This document shows positions 12,543 through 21,943 of a DNA stretch of 50,908 nt, in pieces (the stretch's first letter is position 1; each line of letters opens with the position of its first letter). The stretch is from Candidatus Altimarinota bacterium (GTDB taxonomy: Bacteria > Patescibacteriota > Gracilibacteria > BD1-5 > UBA2023). Below the pieces are notes generated by a model. The model saw only the letters and a list, made by a program, of their open reading frames with translations, had not been told where the DNA came from and did no database searches. The translations under genes were made by a program, and so were the position numbers. The stretch spans positions 1 through 50,908 of the forward strand of contig JANPGO010000011.1 in assembly GCA_031423995.1 (NCBI GenBank). Direction: 5' to 3'.

Positions 12543-12743
12543 ATACAAAGAGACAAAAGAGACTCTATGCTTCCTGACCACTTTTTCCTCGTGAACATAC
12601 TTCAGAGAGTATTGAGGCAGCGAAGATTCATATTCTCGAAATACTGAATCATCGATTCCTCCCATACTGGTCAGCTTCTCCCATCGCGAGCCTCCGAGAT
12701 GCACTCCTGAAGAATCGGGATGGGGCATATAGGATATCCTTCT

Positions 12744-12847
12744 CCGTCATTCCTGCGGAGGCAGGAATCCAGGATTCTGGAGGAAGAGATTCCGGGTCAT
12801 TCATCCTTCGGTGTAAACCAACGGAGAACGGAAGCCCGGAATGACGG
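12744..12847. repeat. 104-nt TIR element (CCGTCATTCC...GGAATGACGG)
   Basis: Perfect 10-nt terminal inverted repeats with internal palindromes (CCTGCGGAGGCAGG). Confidence 0.55.
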
Positions 12848-12916
12848 AAGAGAGAAATTATTTTTGAGTATTCTTTTGCTTTCGTCTGATTCAGGGAAGT
12901 TGCGTATTCAGAGGGC

Positions 12917-13162
12917 ATGAGAATCGATGAAGATTATTGGCTCGATGATGTACTTGATTTCCTCGACGGATGACAGGAACTCTATTCGAACTTCTGGCAT
13001 ACCCTCGATCCGAAGCGAATCTACCGGCTCTGGACCTGCCTCGGTGCGAACTATATGAACCATGATCTGGTCGTAAACAAATATCGCCTGCATTTTGAGC
13101 GGGCGATACGGGGAGAGACGGCAGAATCATATGTCACGGCTATTTTTCCTCATCTTTCCTAA
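12917..13162 (+). CDS. Hypothetical small protein (81 aa); strand uncertain
   Basis: The plus-strand frame uses the local codon preferences (CTC, ATC, GAT) and one TGA. An antisense ORF (12908..13093) is also open. Confidence 0.35.
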
Positions 13163-13253
13163 TATGTTCCAACTCAGTCCATTCGTGATTTTTTGCCTCT
13201 TCTGAGGAATACTCTCAGTGATCAGAGTTGGACTCTCTTGAAATACGGATCAT

Positions 13254-13844
13254 ATGGGACTCATCTGGAATCTTATCCTTGCCCTCATCCCATATTTCTT
13301 TGCTCTGATCTACGTCCGTGAGAAGCGAAAATGGCATATGATTTTTTTCTTTCTCTGGCTCCTCTTCTTCCCAAATAGTCTCTATATCTGGACTGACTTC
13401 ATCCACCTCGAACAGGATGGAATACTCCTTCATTTTGATATCGTCTACATCAGTATCATGGCGCTTGCAGGACTCTTTGCGGGATTCAGTTCGCTCCATC
13501 TCATCCACATCTATTGGAATCTCAGGTATCATCGTGTGCGATGATGGATCTACGTTTCTGTGATTATGATTGTCTCACTCTTCTGAGTCTTTCTCGGAAG
13601 ATTTCTCCGGTTCAACTCATGGGATATCATAAATGAACCGCTTCAGCTCGGTCGTGAGATACTCTCGCTCCTCATCCATCCGAATACTCTTCCACAATTA
13701 GAGGATACAGTTCGGGCGACAGGGCAGGTGATCTATGGGCGATGATTCATGAATATGTATGGATTCATCACCCTTTATTTCATATTCTATATGCTCTTAT
13801 ATGGGTTTCTGTATCGGTCGAGGAAGAGTGAAAATATTTTCTAG
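13254..13844 (+). CDS. Integral membrane protein (DUF1361-like)
   Basis: ORF 13254..13544 continues in frame 3 through three TGAs to TAG 13842. Hydrophobic throughout. Confidence 0.6.
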
Positions 13845-13880
13845 AGAAACCAGTATTATTGCCCTTTCAAACTTTTTCTC

Positions 13881-13886
13881 TATAAT
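13881..13886 (+). promoter_or_regulatory. TATAAT box 6 nt upstream of the murC ATG (possible leaderless transcript)
   Basis: Exact TATAAT; the spacing would place the transcription start at or near the ATG. Confidence 0.3.
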
Positions 13887-13892
13887 CCCCTC

Positions 13893-15413
13893 ATGCAAAA
13901 ACACCTCCACGTCATCGGTATCGGAGGGATCGGTGTCTCAGCACTGGCTCGATACTATCATCACCTTGGCTATTCGATCTCGGGTTCAGATTGATTAGAT
14001 TCTCCACTGCTTGAGACGCTCAGAAAGGAAGGATTCCAGATCCATATCGGTCATGATGTAGGCAATCTTCCTGAAGATACAGATCTCGTCATATATTCGG
14101 AAGCGATCATCACGAAGCCTGATCTCACTCCAGAAGAGCAGATCTACTCGAATCCTGAACTTGCATGTGCTCGAGATCTTGGCATTCGGCATATTTCCTA
14201 TCCTGTTGCCCTCGGTGAAGTCTTCAATGCGAAGCAAGGAATCGCTATCACTGGTTCGCATGGAAAATCAACGACAACGGCTATGACGGGTATTTTGCTG
14301 ACCTCATCCCCAACCCTTCTCCTGAAGGAGAAGGGAGATTCTGGTTCCTCCTCTCTGAAGGAGAGGGGGTTAGGGGGTGAGGTGGGTGCATCCGTACTCG
14401 TGGGGACACAGGTACCACAGCTTGGAAATTCGAACTTTCACTATGAAGAATCCGAAAATTTCGTGATCGAGGCATGCGAATATAAGCGATCATTCCTCCA
14501 GTATCATCCCTATATCACGGTCATTACGAATATCGACCTCGATCACCTCGACTATTATAAAAACCTCGAGGATTATCTCTCTGCGTTCCAGGCGATCGTC
14601 GACCAGACGAGTGGATATGTCATCATCTCAGCGGATGATGAGAATTCTCTGAAGCTCCAGATCCCAGAAGAAAAGAAGATTGTAGTAGGGGGGTCCGAGA
14701 TCCGATATTCAGCAAAGGTTGAAATGCTTTGTCACTGTGGCACAGAAGTGTCATATGAAGAAAAGACTCTGCCGATTCCATCGATGCACCTCCAGGTACC
14801 AGGCGATCATCTCCTCCATGATGCGCATCTTGCCTATACGGTCGGGCGACTTCTCGGAATGCAGGATGATGTGATCGTGGCGAAGCTCGAATCCTATACA
14901 GGTTCTTGGCGGAGATCGGAGATTGTCGGCACAACGAAACATGGAAATATCGTGATGTCTGACTATGGTCACCATCCCAATGAGATCCGTCCGACACTCC
15001 GAGCAATCCGTGAAAAATATGGAGATAAAAAACTCCTCGTGATCTTCCAGCCACATCAGTATTCTCGAACACGTGAGCTCTTGCATGAATTCGCAACAAG
15101 CTTTTCCGATGCTTCAGAACTCATCATTCCGAATATCTACTTCTCTCGGGATAAGCAGGAAGATGTCGAATGGATGACGACAGAGCGACTCATCTCTGCA
15201 ATAGTATGAACAATGAGCAGTGAACAATGAAAAATGAAGATATCGAGCTCCCCTGATAAGGGGGGAAGGGGGGTTTTCTCAGTCAAAAATGGAAATGGAC
15301 TCGAAAATACTGCGAAGCTCATCCGAGAATATGACGAGAAAAATCCTAATTCTTCTATTATTCTCCTCCTCGGAGCAGGGGATGTGGATAAGCTCAGATA
15401 TGAGATAGTCTAA
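13893..15413 (+). CDS. murC: UDP-N-acetylmuramate--L-alanine ligase
   Basis: HVIGIGGIGVSALA, GSHGKSTTTAM, DYGHHPNEI and GAGDV motifs. Frame 3 joins ATG 13893, ORF 14283..15209 and a TGA-containing tail to TAA 15411. Confidence 0.9.
14305..14390. repeat. Twin-hairpin repeat retained in frame inside murC
   Basis: CCCTTCTCC-TGAA-GGAGAAGGG and CCTCTC-TGAA-GGAGAGG encode ...LLLKEKGDSGSSSLKERGLGGEV... between the P-loop and the next conserved MurC block. Confidence 0.5.
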
Positions 15414-16171
15414 TCAAAAAAATCCTCCAAAGAATTGTTCACGAGAGCGTCATTATATCCCATCATAAAAGTCTCTTCCAATATTTTTGGATTATGAGTC
15501 AGTAATTTTGCTGGTATTTCCATATTTCTCACAAGATGTATCGATAATCACTTTCTTTGAAGAGATGAAATATTCTGATCTTGTGCTCTCGATGTATCGA
15601 TAGCAAGTATTTCAGTAGCTCAGAGCAAAATAGCTTTTTCTATAGTTGCAGAAAATGGTGCCGCTACTCAGCCATCAATATACTTTTTCCCATAGAATGA
15701 CTTTACTCATCCATAAAGTACTGGTACTGACATGGACGCTTCTATAATATCGAAAATATCCTCTCATGATACAATATCCCCTCTTGAAAAATATGCAGGA
15801 GTATTCCGCGGAATTTCACTCGCGGTTATGTACCAATTCGTCTTTGTCTGGAGGAACCTATCTATAAAAAGGGGTTTATTTTTTCGAAGAACTGTGTTTA
15901 TGACAAAATCAATACTCATAACCCTATAAATCTTGTATGGATTTATAAAACCTGTATTTGCAAGTTGATTGGTCCAAATATTATAGATTTCATCATACTG
16001 ATCAGTGAGATAATACGTTGCACATCCAGCTCATCCTGATGTAGCAATTATGATATCAGGTTTTTTCGATGGGAATTTTTGGGCAAGTCAACATAAAAAT
16101 CCTCAAGTATATGAACAACGCATTCCTCATCAGGACAGTATTATTGCAGTTTTTTTTGAGCTTGAAATCAT
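15410..16171 (-). CDS. Patatin-like phospholipase
   Basis: ILSGGGMRCSY (oxyanion-hole motif), ATSGGAG (nucleophile elbow) and YIDGGV (Asp of the dyad). The whole 253-codon frame was verified. TAG 15410-15412 overlaps the murC TAA. Confidence 0.85.
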
Positions 16172-16255
16172 GAGTTTTATAGTATCATTTATTATTTCCC
16201 ACGTCAATTTCCTGAAACTTTTTTGTCAAAAATCGTTCATAGATATACTCACCGC

Positions 16256-17440
16256 ATGTCTGTAGATTGTATCACCTCAAACATCTGGAAACTCTATCTC
16301 CATCGAGCGATCGGATATTTTCTCGTGATTATGCCGATTATCACGATTTTCTATCAGAAAAATGGACTCTCGATGCAGGACATTTTCATGATCCAGTCGG
16401 TTTTCTCTCTTTCTCTGGTACTGTTCGAGATCCCGACAGGATACTTCTCTGATGTCTATGGACGCAAGGGAACGATGATTCTCGGGACGATTTTTGGTAT
16501 CTTCTGACTCGGTATCTATTGTCTCGCTTCTGGGTTCTGGGGATTTCTCCTGGCAGAACTCATACTCGGACTGGGTGCGAGCTTCCTCTCGGGAAACAAC
16601 GCTGCGCTCCTCTATGATACGCTCGTCCAGTCAGGAAAAGTCGATGAACACAAGAAAATCTCTGGGAGAATGCAGGCGATCGGATGAGCTTCTGAGGCAC
16701 TCGCGAGCCTCCTCGGAGGATTCCTCGCTGTCGTGAGTCTCAGAACTCCGTTCTATGTGCAATTCTGTCTCCTCTTCTTCTCACTCTGACTCGTCATCTC
16801 ACTCATTGAACCCGACCGACACAAGCACGATAATGCTGAATGAGCATGGAAAGGGATGCGAAAAATCGTGCAATATTCCCTCACGCATCATGAGATCCCC
16901 TGGATCATCCTGTTCACGGGAACGCTCGGTGCATCGACCTATGTGATGACGTGGATATCACAATCCTATATGCAATCAGCCTGACTTCCACTTGCATACT
17001 TCGGTATCATTTGGGCGATACTCAATCTTTCGCTTGCTTTTTTCTCCCTTTTCGCACATGATATCGAGGTATTTCTCGGGAGGAAGTGGTCACTTATCCT
17101 CCTTGCTTCACTTCCGATTCTTGGGTATTTCTGACTCGCTTCCACGGTTTCCATATTCGGGATTGGACTCTTGTTCCTCTTCTATTTTGCTCGAGCATTC
17201 GGCATCATCGTGCTGAATGACTATGTGAATCGTGTCCTCTCGTCAGATATCCGTGCAACAGTTCTCTCGATTCAGGCACTCTCATGGCGGGTAGTCTTTG
17301 CCATCATCGGTCCGATTATCGGATGGATGGGTGATGTGTATTCGCTCTCATTGGCTCTCTTTGCATCAGGAACCATATTTTTCCTGCTCTTCCTGATCTC
17401 ACTCGTATTCCTCTCTCGTAGATGAGTTCTCGATGTTTAA
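16256..17440 (+). CDS. MFS transporter (paralog 1)
   Basis: Frame 2 joins ORFs 16223..16507 and 17171..17425 via TGAs, verified. Contains FEIPTGYFSDVYGRK (an MFS loop 2-3 type motif). Confidence 0.8.
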
Positions 17441-17451
17441 TCCCTGTTACT

Positions 17452-17604
17452 ATGAATCTCGATCCTACCCACCTCCTCTGGACTACTCTCGTGACTCTCG
17501 TTCTTTCTCATTTTTGAGCAAAATACCTCCAGGAAAATACTCCACGATGATATATGTTCTGGTTCACGATACTCAATATAATATTGGGATTTATGTTTAT
17601 GTAA
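17452..17604 (+). CDS. Possible small two-TM membrane protein (50 aa)
   Basis: ATG-to-TAA frame containing two TGAs. There is no support other than hydrophobicity. Confidence 0.25.
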
Positions 17605-17678
17605 AAATTTTGCAATTTATAAAAGATAACATATACTATCTGTGTCTTCGAAACGGACATGAGTAAAAACTCCTTTGA

Positions 17679-17707
17679 AAAATCCCCACTATGAATGGGG
17701 ATTTTTC
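17679..17707. terminator. Hairpin terminator
   Basis: AATCCCCA...TGGGGATT stem flanked by an A-run and a T-run. Confidence 0.5.
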
Positions 17708-17917
17708 TTTGTCGGTCTAGCGCGGTGGCTTCACGACTCGTTTCTTTTCGATATAGAAAACTATACCAAATAAACGATGCTTCCAGTATGGAAGTTCGAA
17801 ACGGAATCTTTTCATAAAATGAAAAGGATTAAGGAGTAAAAACTCCCTGCTCCTCCTGGAAGCAAGGAGCCTATAAATTATAGAAAGACAATTCAGAAAA
17901 TCAATCGAAAACCTGCT

Positions 17918-17945
17918 TTGCTTTTTCACTTCTTTTCTCTATACT
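17918..17945 (+). promoter_or_regulatory. Candidate sigma70-type promoter of the kor operon
   Basis: TTGCTT, a 16-nt spacer, then TATACT; located 25 nt upstream of ATG 17971. Confidence 0.35.
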
Positions 17946-17970
17946 CTGTCCATCTTTAGAGTTATTTTTC

Positions 17971-19707
17971 ATGTCTACCAACACCCACTTCGCAATCCGT
18001 ATCGCCTGACCTGCTGGACTCGGGATGCACTCCATCATGGATATTATCGCGAATGCATTCGCCTCGCTCGGTCAGCAGATCATCACGGACTCAGAATATC
18101 AGTCGATTATCAAGTGAGGATTGAATTATTATGATGTCCATGTCTGCAGCGAAGCCCCCTATATTACCAAGGCAGTCGATATCCTCATCTCGCTCAATGA
18201 GAAAAATATTACCCCGAATCTCGAGAGCCTCAGGAAGTGAGGATTCCTCATCGCGAACCAGAAATGGATCGAGAAAGTAGAAGTACATTTTCCAGATCTC
18301 AGAAGTGACTATATCGTCATCGATCCGCTCATCGAGGATAAGTATGAGAATACCTACCTGCTCGGGATCCTCGCAGGGTATCTCGGTCTGGATACGACGG
18401 TTTTCGAACCTGCTGTTACCAGAGCTTTTGCGAAGAAAGGTGAGGAAGTGGTTGCGAAAAATATCTGAATTCTGAGAGAGTATGCATGAATTGGCTCCCG
18501 TCATTCCCACGCTTTGCTCGGGACAGGCTCTGAGCTTGCGAAGGATCCAGAGTACCAGAAACCTGGATTCTTCCTATCGTCAGAATGACGGACACCACTC
18601 CAGATCACCTATGGAAATAAGGCGCTCGCCTATGGAGCAATCGCCTCAGAGCTCGAGTTCTTCGCAGCTTATCCGATGACACCTGCCTCGACCGTTCTCT
18701 CCGAGATCGTGAATTCGAAGAAAGTTACCTACCTCCAAGCGGAAGATGAGATTGCTGTTATGAATACTGCACTTGGGGCATCATTCACGGGAAAGCGTTC
18801 TATGGTAGCAACATCTGGCGGAGGATTCGCACTCATGACGGAGGCACTCTCATTCGCAGCACAGGCAGAGTTCCCGATCGTCGCGATCCTCTCACAGCGT
18901 GCAGGACCATCGACAGGAACGCCAACCTATCATGAACAATCAGAGATCAGCTATGCACTCGTTCCGACATTTGGCGGGGGAGATCATGTTGTCCTGATCC
19001 CTTCGACGATGGAAGAAGCGTACTTCATGGGAGGGCAAGCGCTCAATATCGCTCAGAAATATCAGACGACCGTCATCATCCTCACGGATAAGCAGTTCTC
19101 AGAAGGGAAGGTCACCATCACAGAACTGAAACCTGCACCTGTTGACCGAGGAAAGCTCATCACTGATCCTGGAGATGGATTCAAGCGCTATGAGCTCACT
19201 GATGATGGCATATCTCCGTATGTCCGTGTCGGAACTCCGAATGGTGACTTCATCGCGACGAGCTATGAACACGATGAATATGGAGCGACGAGTGAAGAGA
19301 TGGAGATGAAGGTTGCCATGACTGAGAAACGCGCTCGCAAGCTTCAGGATTTCTATGCGAAAGAGAGAATTATGGGATACCGAGTCGTGAATCCGACCGC
19401 AAAGAAGATGATCTTCACATTCTCTCTCACATCCTACACGGCAGAGGCATGGGTACGAGAAAATCCTGAATGGGGAGTCATCATCATCACGTGTCTCAAG
19501 CCACTCGATGTTCGTCTCCGTGAGGTGATCATCGGACTGGATCGGGTTGTCTTCGTCGAGTCGAACTATTCGGGTCAACTCGAGGACTATGTCACGAAGG
19601 AATTCGGACTGAGGTTCATAGATTGACTCGAGATCAGTCATATCAGAAAGTATGATCTGATGCCGTTTTTCTATGAAGATTTTGATATTTTAATCACTGA
19701 GGACTAA
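17971..19707 (+). CDS. korA: 2-oxoacid:ferredoxin oxidoreductase, fused gamma-alpha subunit
   Basis: The N-terminal gamma-type domain joins the alpha domain (GNKALAYGAIASELEFFAAYPMTPAS, ORF 18676..19626) in frame 1. Ends at TAA 19705. Confidence 0.85.
18498..18591. repeat. TIR element (CCGTCATTCC...AGAATGACGG) retained in frame in the korA interdomain linker
   Basis: Same termini and size class as 12449..12542 and 12744..12847. Translated as ...SRHSHALLGTGSELAKDPEYQKPGFFLSSEGR... with no stop codon. Confidence 0.6.
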
Positions 19708-19710
19708 AAA

Positions 19711-19881
19711 ATGGTTATAATTGAACTTATAGTGTCTGCAGTTTGAGTAATGGTAGAATTGCTTCCGAACAAGGTAAAAAATCATCCTTACTTCAACACG
19801 ATAGCGATTCTTATTTTAATTCTAATTATTTTGTTGATAGTTACAGAAATCTTCTTGGTATTTATTTGACCGGTAGACTAG
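19711..19881 (+). CDS. Possible small membrane protein between korA and korB (56 aa)
   Basis: ATG-to-TAG frame, A+T-rich, with a hydrophobic core ILILILIILLIV. Confidence 0.25.
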
Positions 19882-19906
19882 CCATAATTCTTTTCTAAAA
19901 ACTCCT

Positions 19907-20515
19907 ATGCGCTCTTGACTCACAAACATCCAATGGTGTCCCGGTTGTGGGGACTTCCTCATCATCATGGCGATCAAAAATGCCTTCAAAGAACTGGGTA
20001 TCCCATCTCATAAACGGGTGGTAGTATCCTGAGTAGGGTGCTCTGGGAAATCATCTCAGTATATCGATGGATATGCAGCGGAGACACTCCATGGTAGAGC
20101 TGTTCCATTCGCCACCTGAGTGAAGATGGCTGATCCAGAGCTCACCGTCGTCGTTGTTGGAGGTGATGGTGATGGCTATGGGATCGGGATGGGACACTTC
20201 ATCCATGCCTGTCGTCGCGATCTCGATATCACGTATATCGTCTTCAATAATGAGAACTACGCTCTCACTACGGGGCAATCAAGTCCGACGACTCCGATAG
20301 GCGCCGTTACCAAGACGGCTCCAGAAGGGAATCTCATCCGACCACTGGATCCTATCGCTCTCGCAGAACATGCTGGATGTTCATTTTCGAGGAAGGCTCA
20401 CTCGAAAAACTTTGCTGAAATGAAGGAGATTATCAAGGCTGCAATCCAACATAAAGGATTCGCACATATTGATGTTGAGCAAGATTGTCCATCATTTAGA
20501 CGTTGGGCTATATAG
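19907..20515 (+). CDS. korB: 2-oxoacid:ferredoxin oxidoreductase beta (TPP-binding) subunit; C-terminus appears short
   Basis: WCPGCGDF, GVGCSG, HGRAVPFATG and GGDGDGYGIG motifs. Ends at TAG only a few codons after DCPSF, exactly at the left inverted repeat. Confidence 0.8.
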
Positions 20516-20518
20516 GTT

Positions 20519-20993
20519 AATGTACAATTAACAATGTACAATTAATAATTTCGAAAATATGAAAGAAAATATCTTAAAAGATAAAACTTTTATTTTTGCC
20601 TTAGAAGGAGTTAAGTTTTCACAATTTCTCATATCAGAAAAGAAAGAATTTGTGATTTCTAAACAATTCCTCAGGAGTGGGAATGCTATCTGAGCTCTTG
20701 TTCGGGAGGCTGAATATGCACAAAGTCTCCAGATTTTATATCAAAGTTGAGTATTGCTCTCGAAGAAGCCAATGAAACTGAATACTGGATTGAACTACTA
20801 AATGCTGGAAAATATTTACAAAAAGACGAGTATGAACGACTCCTTTCGTGAAACAAGGAACTCTTAAAATTGCTTATTTCCAGCATTAAAACAGCAAAAG
20901 AAAATCAATAATATTATTGATCATTGATTACAGTATATTAGTTACCTATTGTCCATTGATTGTAAATTATTAATTATTCATTGTACATTGTTA
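20519..20993. mobile_element. Inverted-repeat-flanked A+T-rich cassette
   Basis: TAACAATGTACAATTAATAAT (20529-20549) against its reverse complement at 20973-20993 matches at 20 of 21 positions. AATGTACAATTA is duplicated at the left end. Confidence 0.4.
20559..20911 (+). pseudogene. Four-helix-bundle protein gene (23S rRNA intervening-sequence / Avd-like family) with a 1-nt frameshift
   Basis: The N-terminal frame gives ...QFLRSGNAIGALVREAEYAQS. The C-terminal frame gives PDFISKLSIALEEANETEYWIELL...KTAKENQ*. The frames differ by one nucleotide near 20725-20732. The track antisense ORF 20686..20886 confirms the sequence is contiguous there. Confidence 0.6.
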
Positions 20994-21512
20994 CTCCTCC
21001 TCCCCACCGACACATGCTATGGTCTTGCCTGAGGATTCACTGAGCAGGATTATCTCGAAATCTATCGTCTCAAGTGACGAGACTTCACTAAGCAACTGGC
21101 TCTTCTCGTAGAGGATTTTGATGATATGAAGAACTATATCGAAATCTCAGAAGAACAGATAGAATTCTTGAAGAATTATCCATATCCATGGAGCTTCCTC
21201 GGGAAGAGGAATGATAAATTTCAACTCCCAGCGTGGATGAATGTTGAACAATATCAGATGCTTTCTCTGAGAGTTGCAGGGGTCTGCCTTCCAACACTCA
21301 AAGATTCTAACCTTCCAACACTCCATTTTCCACTCTACCTCACTTCAGCGAATCTCGCATGAATGCCAGAATCAAAAACTCTCGCCGAAGCGAGAGGGAT
21401 TTTTCCAGAAGTTGAGTGAATCGATGGAGGTATCTGTGATCGTCCATCTTCAGATATTTTCTCGATAGGGAAAGATGGGGAATTGCAGTATATGAGGAGG
21501 AATTATAACTAG
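20949..21512 (+). CDS. tsaC: L-threonylcarbamoyladenylate synthase (YrdC/Sua5 family); N-terminus atypical, start uncertain
   Basis: PTDTCYGLAG, YPYPWSFL, LYLTSANLAG, GIDGG and PSSD motifs. There is no in-frame ATG upstream of PTDT, so the proposed TTG 20949 lies just upstream of the right inverted repeat and the N-terminus reads through it. Confidence 0.7.
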
Positions 21513-21943
21513 AGCTCTATGCAGCTAGAGCAAGTAGCCTTCTTTGATGATTTCATGTGAGGATAGAAATGGCAGAACTTACATCGGAATTTCAAGAATA
21601 AATATACTCACTAACCATCGTATCTAAATGCTTCCCAGAACTTGAAAAATTTCTGTTGAAAACTGGATTCTCATTGCGTTTCTTAGTTGCCAGAATTACT
21701 AGTATACAGGCTTTTAATTGAATATAATCTCAGCGAATTCTTGAAGGACTATTAAAGAAAAATCATAACGATTCCACACAGTCTATATATTTTTGGCTAA
21801 AAAAGTTTGTCTTATCTATCCCAAGACTCAAAAGGTGTATGCATAAAGCTAGATCCGCTCGTCTTCGTGTCTCTGAGCTTACCTGTACTCATTGAGCCAA
21901 ACATTCTGCATAAATTGCAATATCACAACCAGATTCTCAAGTA

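Noticed and set aside
11856-12728. A 290-aa minus-strand ORF spanning the MBL hydrolase gene and the repeat hot spot.
   Set aside because: It is antisense to a gene with a clear HxHxDH motif, and its 5' part is translated repeat DNA. Its composition (rich in R, S, G and P) is non-protein-like.
12908-13093. A minus-strand 61-aa ORF that, with TGA read-through, extends through the TIR repeats.
   Set aside because: The extension is translated repeat sequence. The plus-strand 81-codon frame fits the local codon preferences better, although neither is well supported.
14623-15322. Minus-strand ORFs 14623..15099, 14751..15086 and 15137..15322, which could have extended the patatin gene.
   Set aside because: Recounting the A-run at 15416-15422 shows the patatin frame ends at TAG 15410-15412. 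These ORFs are antisense to murC.
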